Shown one piece after another: positions 9,934-19,237 of a stretch of DNA of 26,470 nucleotides; the first letter of the stretch is position 1; each line of letters starts with the position of its first letter. The DNA is from an uncultured Eubacteriales bacterium (lineage in GTDB: Bacteria; Bacillota; Clostridia; TANB77; RGIG9151): assembly GCA_964475435.1 (NCBI GenBank), contig CAYYWT010000005.1, forward strand, positions 1 through 26,470, given 5' to 3'. The notes under the pieces were generated by a model. The model was not told the origin of the DNA, did not search any database, and saw only the letters and a program-made list of their open reading frames with translations. Both the position numbers and the translations under genes were made by a program.

Positions 9934-11111
9934 TAATTTTTTGTTTTTAAATTATACTGCGAACTAATTTGAACCTTATCACTATCTTCCTTATCTATAA
10001 CAAAAGTCATAGGATCTCCGTCGCTAACATATTTTTCTTCGGGATGCTCATCAAAATATTTAATCCAATAATCAAAATCTTTATCAACTTTATCTTTTCC
10101 GGCTACTCTAACTCTTGAAAGGCTCTTTAAATTAAGCTCTTTATTTATAGGAGAAAGTTCAGGAGAAGAACCATAAAGTAACACTACACCTTTATTTTCA
10201 TATTTAAATCCATCATATGTTCCCGAATAAACCTGTTCTTTATAATTCTTTGTCATACTTCCACCAGGGATTGAAAAAGAATTAATTACATATCCGGGAA
10301 TTAATTCATCAACAAATTTAGCCAATCCTCCTACTTCTTCTATAACCTTTTCAGCAGAAGTAGCTTTCTGTAACGCATAGTGATTTTTCGTTTGATTGCC
10401 TATTTCAAATCCTTGTTCAACTAAATACTCAAGCCTTTGCCTTAATGTTCCGGTAGAGCCGAAAAAATTAGTAGACATTATATAAAAAGTTCCCCTCATA
10501 GGAAAATCTGAATGTTCTTCCGAAAATTTTTTGTATATCGCTACTGCTGTATTTTCCTTTGGTACAAGCTTTCCGTCCACTCTCTCAAAACTAAGTTGAC
10601 CGGCAGTTCCATCATCAAAAGTTAAAATAACCGGAGTTTTTCCATAAGGCACATCTATATATCCGTTTAGATAATCACTCATATTTATAGGATAATAATT
10701 TTTTTCATACAAAGTTTGTAAATCATTTTTAAAATTATCAAATGATCTCGTCCATCCATCTGATTGAGTTTCAGCAAATTTATGATACATTAAAATCATT
10801 ATCTTCCCATTTTCATTACATATAGATATATCTTTCTCCGAAGTTTTATTTTCCTCTTCAATATTCTTATTTTCTTCTTTTTGATTAACATTGTCTTTTG
10901 AACTAAACCAACCATCCAACCAACTTTTTTTATCATCATTATTGTTCTCTTCTTTTACTTCCTCATACTTAGGTAATTCAACATAAGACAAATCCTCTTT
11001 TTTTTGAATAGTTGTTTGTCCGTTAGTAAAATCCACATTTTTATAATAAAATACTGACGAAAAAGTAACTAGCAATACCGTTGCTCCTGCTAAAACAATT
11101 GCTTTTTTCAA
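9933..11111 (-). CDS. Membrane-anchored polysaccharide deacetylase (NodB-homology) family protein
   Basis: 392-aa ORF. N-terminal TM helix, charged linker, then ILMYHKF and VILTFDDGTAGQ motifs of the polysaccharide deacetylase family. Confidence 0.75.
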   Translation of the reverse strand: MKKAIVLAGATVLLVTFSSVFYYKNVDFTNGQTTIQKKEDLSYVELPKYEEVKEENNNDDKKSWLDGWFSSKDNVNQKEENKNIEEENKTSEKDISICNENGKIMILMYHKFAETQSDGWTRSFDNFKNDLQTLYEKNYYPINMSDYLNGYIDVPYGKTPVILTFDDGTAGQLSFERVDGKLVPKENTAVAIYKKFSEEHSDFPMRGTFYIMSTNFFGSTGTLRQRLEYLVEQGFEIGNQTKNHYALQKATSAEKVIEEVGGLAKFVDELIPGYVINSFSIPGGSMTKNYKEQVYSGTYDGFKYENKGVVLLYGSSPELSPINKELNLKSLSRVRVAGKDKVDKDFDYWIKYFDEHPEEKYVSDGDPMTFVIDKEDSDKVQISSQYNLKTKN

Positions 11112-11125
11112 ACTTAATCAACTCC

Positions 11126-11851
11126 TTAAAACAGTTCCTTAAATTCATTGCTCGAAAATACATCTTTAGGCGTTCCTTGTTTTACTACTGTTTTATCCAA
11201 TAGAACTACTTTATCCGCATATTTCTTTACTGATTCAAAATCATGCGAAATCAAAATTATAGTTAAATCATACTTCTTTCTCATATTGGAAACTATATCG
11301 TAAAAAATGCTCATTCCCTTCATATCTACACCGGAAACAGGCTCATCAAGTAATAATATATCCGGCATAGGCGTTAGAGCAAGTGCAAGTAATACCCTTT
11401 GTAACTCTCCACCTGATAAATCTCCTAATCTTTTTTCAATTAATTCTTCAGCCTCTACTTTCTTTAGAGCTTCTATTGCATTTTTCTTCACACTTTTTTT
11501 ACACAAAATCCAAGAAGGAAAATTAGAGTATGTAATATTAAACAAATCTTTTACGCTAACAGGACTAGTTTTATCAAAATCTAAAAATTGAGGAACATAG
11601 CCAATTCTAGGCTCTCTGGCTAATCTATCTTTTTCATCTACAAAAGATAATGTTCCCTCATGAGGAATTTCTCCCAAAACAGCTTTTAAAAAAGTGGTTT
11701 TTCCAGCTCCATTAGGTCCTATTATTGCCGTCAAATCTCCGCAATGAATGTGAAGATTTACATTTTCTAAAATCGTAGTATTACCTTTTTTTACTGAAAA
11801 ATTAGTAATTTTTGTACAACACAAATTACACTTTTTCAATTTTAAAATCAT
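11126..11851 (-). CDS. Metal (Zn/Mn-type) ABC transporter ATP-binding protein
   Basis: Walker A GPNGAGKTT, signature LSGGELQRVLLALAL, Walker B ILLLDEP. Its start overlaps the stop of the upstream binding-protein gene (ATGA). Confidence 0.85.
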   Translation of the reverse strand: MILKLKKCNLCCTKITNFSVKKGNTTILENVNLHIHCGDLTAIIGPNGAGKTTFLKAVLGEIPHEGTLSFVDEKDRLAREPRIGYVPQFLDFDKTSPVSVKDLFNITYSNFPSWILCKKSVKKNAIEALKKVEAEELIEKRLGDLSGGELQRVLLALALTPMPDILLLDEPVSGVDMKGMSIFYDIVSNMRKKYDLTIILISHDFESVKKYADKVVLLDKTVVKQGTPKDVFSSNEFKELF

Positions 11852-12723
11852 TTTATACTCTCCCTTATCGTTTCTATATTTTGTTTCATTTTATTTTCAT
11901 AATCAAAGATATCGCCATTTCCACTAGTTATAGAATCTAAAGTATACACCTTAACATTACTTTCACTCGCAATAGTTTGCGCTAACTTATTAGAATAATC
12001 CGGTTCTATAAAAATCCCACACACATCATTTTCTTTAATATTATTTATAATACTCTTTAATTCCTTTTGAGTAGGAGATTGTCCTTCTTCTCGCTCAATA
12101 ACATCAACTATTTCGATATCAAAATCATCTGCAAAATAAGGGAACGCATCATGTGTTGTAACAATTTTTATATCCTTATTCACATCATATAAACTTTCTC
12201 TAAGTTCATTTTTTAATTTTTTTAATCTATCTATATAATTAGCTTTATTCTCTAAATACTTATCTCTGTTAGTTTCATCTACTTTTGCAAGTTCGTTTCC
12301 TATCTTTTCAACTTGCAAAATAGCGTTAGAAATACTAAGCCAAGTATGTTCATTAGGCTCGTCCTCATATTTACTTTGTAAAAGTTCTAAATCACTACTT
12401 GCATCAATTACGCATAAATCCTCTTTTTCATAGACTTTTTCCAAAAAACTCTCAAGTCCTGCACCGTTTATAATAAAAACATCAGCATTTTCAATTTTCT
12501 TCATATCACTTGTATCCAAATGATAATCGTGCAAGCATCCACTATGGTTATCGGACATATTTTGAACCGTAACATTAGGAATATCTTTCGCTATATTTTT
12601 CGCAAAAACATATGTTGTATAAAAAGAAGTAACAATATCAAAAGACTCCGTTTCTTCCTTTTCTACTTTTCCACACCCTGTAAGAACTAAAATTAAAGCA
12701 ACTACTAAATATTTAACCTTCAC
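11848..12723 (-). CDS. Metal ABC transporter substrate-binding lipoprotein (ZnuA/TroA cluster-9 type)
   Basis: Lipobox LTGC at residues 14-17. Motifs IVTSFYTTYVFAKNI, GCLHDYHL, EHTWLS and VTTHDAFPYF are typical of cluster-9 metal-binding proteins. Confidence 0.85.
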   Translation of the reverse strand: MKVKYLVVALILVLTGCGKVEKEETESFDIVTSFYTTYVFAKNIAKDIPNVTVQNMSDNHSGCLHDYHLDTSDMKKIENADVFIINGAGLESFLEKVYEKEDLCVIDASSDLELLQSKYEDEPNEHTWLSISNAILQVEKIGNELAKVDETNRDKYLENKANYIDRLKKLKNELRESLYDVNKDIKIVTTHDAFPYFADDFDIEIVDVIEREEGQSPTQKELKSIINNIKENDVCGIFIEPDYSNKLAQTIASESNVKVYTLDSITSGNGDIFDYENKMKQNIETIRESIK

Positions 12724-12746
12724 ACCAAACCCTCCATACTTCTACG

Positions 12747-13493
12747 TTATAAGGTTGTAACCAATATTCCCGCAAGAAACCCAAAAATATATGCAACAAC
12801 AGAACTTCTTCCCTTATAAAGCTCTCTTGACTCAGGAATTAACTCTCCACTAACAATATACAACATTGCACCACCGGCAAATCCTAACGACAATCCAATT
12901 GTAACCTCAGAAATTCCGCCGGCAATTGCCCCAATCAAAGCACCTATTCCCGTAGGAACTCCAGACAAAAAAGCAAGACCAACAGCCTTAGAAAAACCAG
13001 TTCCCGCTCTCCTTAATGGTAAAGTAATCGCAATTCCCTCCGGAACATCATGTAAGGCAATAACAATAGCTAACGTAATTCCCATATTCATTGAAACGCC
13101 AAACCCTGATCCAATCGCAAGTCCTTCCGGCAAATTATGCAACATTATCCCGATAAAAATTAAAAAACCCGCTCTAAATAAATCTTTGTCAGTATTATAA
13201 ACTTTAGTAGACTTTTTTTGAATTCTTTGGATTATATCTTCTATCAAAAGGATACTTAAAACTCCAATAACAAAACCTATTAAAGTAACTTTCATATTAG
13301 CTAATTTAAAACCTTCCGGCAATAAATCAAAACATACCACTGAAGTCATAACTCCGGCAGAAAGTTGAAGAAAAATACTTGACACCTTATTAGAGGCATT
13401 TTTTATAAAACATCCTATTATTCCTCCAAGCCCTGTGCCTAAAATCCCCATTACAGTTCCAAATAAAGCAATATAAAAGATATTATCTTCCAT
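12747..13493 (-). CDS. zupT: ZIP-family divalent metal transporter
   Basis: 248-aa polytopic membrane protein with ZIP motifs HNLPEGLAIG and HDVPEGIA. Starts 13 nt after the prfA stop. Confidence 0.85.
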   Translation of the reverse strand: MEDNIFYIALFGTVMGILGTGLGGIIGCFIKNASNKVSSIFLQLSAGVMTSVVCFDLLPEGFKLANMKVTLIGFVIGVLSILLIEDIIQRIQKKSTKVYNTDKDLFRAGFLIFIGIMLHNLPEGLAIGSGFGVSMNMGITLAIVIALHDVPEGIAITLPLRRAGTGFSKAVGLAFLSGVPTGIGALIGAIAGGISEVTIGLSLGFAGGAMLYIVSGELIPESRELYKGRSSVVAYIFGFLAGILVTTL

Positions 13494-13506
13494 TAAAACT
13501 TCCTTT

Positions 13507-14568
13507 CTAGCTATTTTGTGCAGATAATTTAATAGCTCTATCAGCAGTAATCAACGCATCTATCATCTCATCTAAATCTCCATCGGTAAAGTTTTCTAAT
13601 TGGAAAACACTATAATTTATTCTATGATCAGTTATTCTTCCTTGCGGATAATTATACGTTCTTATCTTCTCACTTCTATCTCCTGTACCAACTTGCATTT
13701 TTCTATCGCTTGCCATCTTCTTCATTCGTTCTTCTTCTTGTTTTTCAAATAGCTTAGCACGAAGCATAGTCATCGCTCTTTCTCTGTTTTGAATTTGAGA
13801 ACGTTCTTCTTGACAAGCAACGACAATTCCTGTAGGAATATGTGTAATTCTTATCGCAGACTCCGTTTTATTAACGTGTTGACCGCCTGCTCCGCTAGAA
13901 CGATAAGTATCAGTTTTCAAATCAGCAGGATTAATTTCTATATCAACTTCTTCAAGTTCAGGCAAAACAGCAACAGTAACAGTAGAAGTATGAATTCTAC
14001 CGTTAGTTTCAGTCTCCGGTACACGTTGTACACGATGCACACCACTTTCAAACTTTAATTTACTATATGCTCCTTTTCCGGAAATCATGAAACTAACTTC
14101 TTTATACCCTCCAAGTCCGGTAGGATTATCGTTTAATACTTCAACTTTCCATCTTTTTCTTTCAGCATATCTACTGTACATTCTAAACAAAGTTCCCGCA
14201 AATAAAGCAGCTTCTTCGCCACCGGCTCCACCACGTATTTCAACAATAACGTTTTTATCGTCATTAGGATCCTTAGGTAAAAGTAAAACCTTTAATTCTT
14301 CTTCAATAACTCTTAATTTTTCTTCACCTGTAACAAGCTCCATTTGAGCAAGTTCATGAAGTTCTTTGTCATTTAACAATTCTTTCGCACTATCTATATC
14401 CGTCCTTACTTGTTTATATTCACGATACTTAGTAACTATGTCTTCCATATCAGCTCTTTCTTTCATAAGCTTCTTCCAAGTATTTTGATCCTCAATAACT
14501 TCCGGTTTACTAATCTCAGCAGTAAGCTCGTCATACCTTTCTTCCACACCTTTTAACTTATTAAACAT
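13507..14568 (-). CDS. prfA: Peptide chain release factor 1
   Basis: 353-aa ORF. GGQ motif [25 protein letters not shown]1-type tripeptide context [17 protein letters not shown]. Confidence 0.95.
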   Translation of the reverse strand: MFNKLKGVEERYDELTAEISKPEVIEDQNTWKKLMKERADMEDIVTKYREYKQVRTDIDSAKELLNDKELHELAQMELVTGEEKLRVIEEELKVLLLPKDPNDDKNVIVEIRGGAGGEEAALFAGTLFRMYSRYAERKRWKVEVLNDNPTGLGGYKEVSFMISGKGAYSKLKFESGVHRVQRVPETETNGRIHTSTVTVAVLPELEEVDIEINPADLKTDTYRSSGAGGQHVNKTESAIRITHIPTGIVVACQEERSQIQNRERAMTMLRAKLFEKQEEERMKKMASDRKMQVGTGDRSEKIRTYNYPQGRITDHRINYSVFQLENFTDGDLDEMIDALITADRAIKLSAQNS

Positions 14569-14692
14569 TTAATTCATCCTTTCAAAACAACTTTTTAACC
14601 TTTTACATTGTATCACAGATTTTGTAAAAACACTAGCCATATTTATAAACTTTCCAATCTTAATGTTACTTATTTAGACTTGACCTACATTT

Positions 14693-14938
14693 TTCGAAAG
14701 GAGCTGTAAAAATCCTCATTTATCATTTAAATAACGTATTGTACTGTACCAAGCGAAACAAAAATTGCTTTTTTGTCCCTCTATGTAAATCGCATTTTAA
14801 AGTTGCCCAGGATGTGAGCGTAAGCTCCGTTCCGTACTTTAAATTTACTCTACACTTCCCACAAAAATATTTTTGGTAAGCGAGGTACAGTACAATATAT
14901 TATGAATTTTATGAATATTTTTACAGCCCCTTTCGTAA
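14693..14938. repeat. MITE-like palindromic element (~245 bp, ~80-nt imperfect inverted arms)
   Basis: Left arm is ttcgaaaggagctgtaaaaat...attgtactgtacc..gc..caaaaat. The reverse complement of the right arm is ttacgaaaggggctgtaaaaat...attgtactgtacc..gc..caaaaat. No ORF inside. A solo right arm recurs at 23581-23670. Confidence 0.75.
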
Positions 14939-14950
14939 ACAAATAACTTC

Positions 14951-16741
14951 TTAATTAATAAAGCTCCTATTAAGTTTCCTCATATCTTTACCGGTTGAAC
15001 TAATATACTCCTCCGTTTTCTTTTGCTCTACCGGTCTTTTTATCTTTAATGTAGTAGTTTTAATCAAATCTTCATTCGTCAATATAAAATATCTTATAAT
15101 TTTATATTGCGGAACATCTTTATTTAATCTTTTTATTACTTCTTCAACTTTATTAATTATTTCGTCATCTTTACCATCAACAACTATTTTCGCACAAATC
15201 TCTATATCATCGTCTTTTGTTTTATACCCCCAAACAAAAGATTCTTTCACAAAACTTTCCATATTAAGTATTGACTCATATTCTTCCGGGAAAGCCTTTT
15301 TCCCGTTAGGAAAAACAATCATAGATTTAGCTCTTCCAACAATTTTCACTTCACCTTTTGAAGAAATTTGAGCTAAATCACCTGTTTTAAACCAGCCGTC
15401 TTCGGTAAATACTTCTTTAGTTTCTTCCTCGTTTTCAAAATATCCTAAAGTAACATTTCCTCCCTTTACCAAAAGCTCTCCCATTCCATTTTCATCAACA
15501 TTATCCAATGTAACACAAACATCTTTTACAGGATATCCAACTCCACCAATCATTCTTTCTTCCGGATTAGTAGCACATACAATCGGCGCAGTTTCAGTAA
15601 GCCCATACCCTTGAACAAATCTTATGCCTATATTCTCAAATTCTTCCATTATCTCTTCCTTCATAGGAGCTGCTCCTGAAACCATAAATCTTAGTTTAGG
15701 CGATATTTTTTTCCTTACAGGAGCCATAATCGTCCTTCGTGCATTAATCTTACATTTATCACATACTGTCGATACTTTTTTCAAAAAATTTACAAGTTTA
15801 ACTTTTCCACTCTTTTTTATACCATCATTAAATTTTTTATATAACGCTTCATAAATAGCCGGAACAGCAATCAATATACTGACATTAAATTCCTGTAAAT
15901 TTTGAGCTAAATGCTTTATACCTTCGCAATATGCGATACATACTCCTGAGTATATCATATATAAAAATCCTATTGTATTCTCAAAAGTATGATGTAAAGG
16001 CAATAATGATAAATGAACATCATCTTTATTTAATTTTATTATTGCCGAACACGAGTTAATACCTGAAATAATATTTTTATGAGATAACATTACTCCTTTT
16101 GATGCTTTCGTAGTACCAGAAGTAAATATTAAGAAATTCATACATTCATTATCAATTTCTGTGCTTGTAAAACATTTATTACCTTTCATTAACTCTTTTG
16201 TTCCTTTATCAAAAAGACTATTAAAAGTTATAAATTTTTTATCTTTATTCAACGAAATTTCATCCATACAAATATATTTTTTCATAAAGCTATTCTTTTT
16301 TGAAATATTCTCCATTATTTCTTTATATTGCTTACTAAAAATTATAGCCTCGCATTTGCTACGCATAAGCAAATTTTCAATTTCCGTTTCCGGTAAATGT
16401 TTATCAAGCGGTACAACTACCCCTGTTCCATTCGCAATTGCTAAATAACTTACCGCCCATTCATATCTATTTTCAGCAATAATAGCAATTTTTTTATTTT
16501 TTAATCCTAAACTACAAAGAGCCGTACCCATACAATCTATATCTGATGCAAACTCCAAGTAAGTTTTTTCAACAATTTTTCTATTTCTTTTAAACTTAAA
16601 CGCAATCCTTTTACCGTATTTAGTTTTTGAATTAATCACCAAATCTCTTAAATTAAGTAATTTATCTCCTTCTATATTTCCCATACCTTTATATATAATT
16701 CTATTTCCTTCTTTATAATCAGAAACCCATTCATTTTTCAT
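14951..16741 (-). CDS. AMP-dependent synthetase/ligase (long-chain fatty-acid-CoA ligase-like)
   Basis: 596-aa ORF. AMP-binding motif FTSGTTKASKGVMLSH, plus GYGLTET, GWFKTGD and the C-terminal KIKR. Confidence 0.85.
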   Translation of the reverse strand: MKNEWVSDYKEGNRIIYKGMGNIEGDKLLNLRDLVINSKTKYGKRIAFKFKRNRKIVEKTYLEFASDIDCMGTALCSLGLKNKKIAIIAENRYEWAVSYLAIANGTGVVVPLDKHLPETEIENLLMRSKCEAIIFSKQYKEIMENISKKNSFMKKYICMDEISLNKDKKFITFNSLFDKGTKELMKGNKCFTSTEIDNECMNFLIFTSGTTKASKGVMLSHKNIISGINSCSAIIKLNKDDVHLSLLPLHHTFENTIGFLYMIYSGVCIAYCEGIKHLAQNLQEFNVSILIAVPAIYEALYKKFNDGIKKSGKVKLVNFLKKVSTVCDKCKINARRTIMAPVRKKISPKLRFMVSGAAPMKEEIMEEFENIGIRFVQGYGLTETAPIVCATNPEERMIGGVGYPVKDVCVTLDNVDENGMGELLVKGGNVTLGYFENEEETKEVFTEDGWFKTGDLAQISSKGEVKIVGRAKSMIVFPNGKKAFPEEYESILNMESFVKESFVWGYKTKDDDIEICAKIVVDGKDDEIINKVEEVIKRLNKDVPQYKIIRYFILTNEDLIKTTTLKIKRPVEQKKTEEYISSTGKDMRKLNRSFIN

Positions 16742-16923
16742 ACCGGTATCCTCCTCTTTCTACTAGTTACTATTCAGACTGCTTGTCTTAAAAAGATAAT
16801 ATCATTAGTCTGACCTTTAACTTCTATTAGACTATATTATTAATTTTTTCTTGTCAAATTATAATTAAATGGTATTAATATTGAAAAACTGGAAATAATC
16901 AAAACTAAAGGGGGAATTTAACC

Positions 16924-17526
16924 GTGTTAAAAAAAATTGTCTCAATTTCAATTATATCTCTACTAGTTTTATCAACATTATATATTTTTAACTGTGTATC
17001 AATTCAACATTCTTTAGCTAATAAAGTTTTACGACTTCATATACTTGCAAACAGTAATTCTAATTTCGACCAAACACTAAAATTAAAAGTTCGAGATAAA
17101 GTTGTAGAGTTCCTAACTCCCAAACTAAAAGATAGCAAAAATCTCAATGAAACAAAACAAATAATTTCAAATAATTTAGTAAATATAAAAGATATAGCAG
17201 AACAAATAGTTTCACAAAATTCTGATTATTCGGTAAATGTATCGCTTTCCACATCATCATTTCCGACAAAATACTATGAAGATTTTTCCTTCCCTGCCGG
17301 AACATACGAATCATTAAAAATAGTAATCGGAGAAGGAAACGGAAATAACTGGTGGTGTGTAATGTTCCCGCCATTATGTTTTACAAATAGTTCTGCAGGT
17401 ACATTCAATGAAACTTCTACCCAAACATTAAAAGATAACCTTACAGAAGAAGAATATAATTTAATAAATTCTAAAAAAACTAATGTGCAAGTAAAATTTA
17501 AGTTACTTGAATGGATAAATAGTTAA
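16924..17526 (+). CDS. spoIIR: Stage II sporulation protein R
   Basis: GTG start preceded by AAAGGGGGA. N-terminal TM helix. SpoIIR-typical motifs: VLRLHILANSNS, FPAGTYESLKIVIGEGNGNNWWCVMFPPLCF. Confidence 0.85.
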   Translation: MLKKIVSISIISLLVLSTLYIFNCVSIQHSLANKVLRLHILANSNSNFDQTLKLKVRDKVVEFLTPKLKDSKNLNETKQIISNNLVNIKDIAEQIVSQNSDYSVNVSLSTSSFPTKYYEDFSFPAGTYESLKIVIGEGNGNNWWCVMFPPLCFTNSSAGTFNETSTQTLKDNLTEEEYNLINSKKTNVQVKFKLLEWINS

Positions 17527-17587
17527 AAATTGATTATAAATAATTTTTATGTTACAATAGTCTCACCAAAAGGAAAGGAGACTTAAT

Positions 17588-19222
17588 ATGCCATATGACG
17601 GTCTTGTAACAAAAAATATATGCAACGAATTATCAACTCTCCTACTAGGAGGAAAAATAGATAAAATAATTCAACCAACCAAAGACGAAACACTGTTATT
17701 TATAAGAAATAACAGGACTACATATAAATTATTATTATCCGCAAATGCTGAAAATGCAAGAACTCACATAACAGAAATAAAAAATATAGAAAACCCATTA
17801 AAACCGTTTAATTTCTGTATGGTTCTTAGAAAATACTTATTAGGTGCGAAACTAATGAACATTTTCCAACCTAACAATGATAGGATAATAAATTTTACTT
17901 TCGAAACCAGTAACGAACTAGGCGATAAAGAAATAAAAATACTCATAATAGAAATGATGGGAAAACACAGCAATATAATTTTAACTTCTGAATCTAATAC
18001 AATAATAGATTCTATTCGCCATATAGACTTTGAAATAAGTAGTGTACGCGAAGTTATGCCCGGAAGGAAATATCAACTTCCACCATCTCAAAATAAGTTA
18101 AACCCATTTTTAGTAACCAAAGCCGAATATGACAACATAAACTCAAACAACAAGTTATCATCAAACTTTACCGGTATATGCACATTCGTTTCAAACACAC
18201 TAAGTTCTCTATCTTTCGATGAGTTTTCAAATTTTATCAACAAAAAAATAGAACCTGTTGTTTTTTTTGAAAATAATATGCCAAAAGACTTTTACTTTAT
18301 ACCATTAGATATTAATTACAATATAAAAAAATTTGATTTCTTATCTCAAGCAATTGACTATTTTTATACAAATAAGCTCGAGAATCAAAAAATAGAAAGT
18401 GCTAAAAATGAACTAGCAAATATTATTTCAAAATTAGTAACAAAACATGAAAAAAATCTTGAAATTGCGCAAAATAAATTGGACTCAACAAAAGATATGG
18501 AAAATATACGAATTACCGGAGAACTTTTAAGTGCGAATTTATACAAAATAAAACCTTATGATAATGAAATTACTCTCGATAATTACTATACCGGAAAATC
18601 AACTACTATACAACTAAACCCTAACTTAACAGCCTCCGAAAACTTACAGAATATATTTAAAAAATACAATAAACTAAAACACACACAAATCGCCTGCTTA
18701 AAACAAAAAGAGGAAATTATATCTTCACTTAATTACTTTGAAAGTCTTTTTTATGAAATCTATACTCAAAAGTATATTGAAGATTTAGAAGAAATAAAAC
18801 TTGAATTAATGGAACAAGGAATAATAAAGAAAAATGCAAAAAAGCAAAAAGAACTACCTTCAAAACCAATAGAATTTGAACTTGAGAACTATAAAGTATT
18901 AATCGGAAAAAACAACATTCAAAATGATAAACTTACCTTTCATATTGCCTCAAAAAATGATATATGGTTTCACGTAAAAAATGCTCCCGGATCCCATACA
19001 ATCCTAAGATTAAACAATATTCCGATTAATAATGTTTCATATGAAACATTAAACTTAGTTGCATCACTTGCCGCGTACCACAGCAAATTAAAAAATTCTT
19101 CAAAAGTAGAAGTCGATTATACACAAGTAAAAAATGTAAAAAAAATACCCGGAGCAAAACCGGGTATGGTAACATACGATAACTATAAAACTTTATATGT
19201 TGAACCTAATGACAAAGCGTGA
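17588..19222 (+). CDS. rqcH: NFACT/FbpA-family ribosome quality-control protein
   Basis: 544-aa ORF. N-terminus MPYDGLVTKNICNEL...GGKIDKIIQPTKDE (NFACT-N). Central coiled coil. C-terminal NFACT-R/DUF814 region (VLIGKNNIQNDKLTF...DIWFHVKNAPGSHTIL). Confidence 0.85.
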   Translation: MPYDGLVTKNICNELSTLLLGGKIDKIIQPTKDETLLFIRNNRTTYKLLLSANAENARTHITEIKNIENPLKPFNFCMVLRKYLLGAKLMNIFQPNNDRIINFTFETSNELGDKEIKILIIEMMGKHSNIILTSESNTIIDSIRHIDFEISSVREVMPGRKYQLPPSQNKLNPFLVTKAEYDNINSNNKLSSNFTGICTFVSNTLSSLSFDEFSNFINKKIEPVVFFENNMPKDFYFIPLDINYNIKKFDFLSQAIDYFYTNKLENQKIESAKNELANIISKLVTKHEKNLEIAQNKLDSTKDMENIRITGELLSANLYKIKPYDNEITLDNYYTGKSTTIQLNPNLTASENLQNIFKKYNKLKHTQIACLKQKEEIISSLNYFESLFYEIYTQKYIEDLEEIKLELMEQGIIKKNAKKQKELPSKPIEFELENYKVLIGKNNIQNDKLTFHIASKNDIWFHVKNAPGSHTILRLNNIPINNVSYETLNLVASLAAYHSKLKNSSKVEVDYTQVKNVKKIPGAKPGMVTYDNYKTLYVEPNDKA

Positions 19223-19237
19223 TATTAACGCTTTGTC
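19211..19237. terminator. Hairpin shared by the convergent 3' ends of rqcH and the surface-protein gene
   Basis: gacaaagcgt (19211-19220) pairs with acgctttgtc (19228-19237), loop gatatta. Both stop codons fall within or next to the loop. A T-rich tract follows on the plus strand. Confidence 0.6.

Noticed and set aside
16742-16923. A sigma-F-type promoter for spoIIR
   Set aside because: Only a generic TTGTCA-17-ATTAAT-like sigma-A-type arrangement is visible. I could not convincingly match forespore sigma consensus elements by eye, so no promoter is called.
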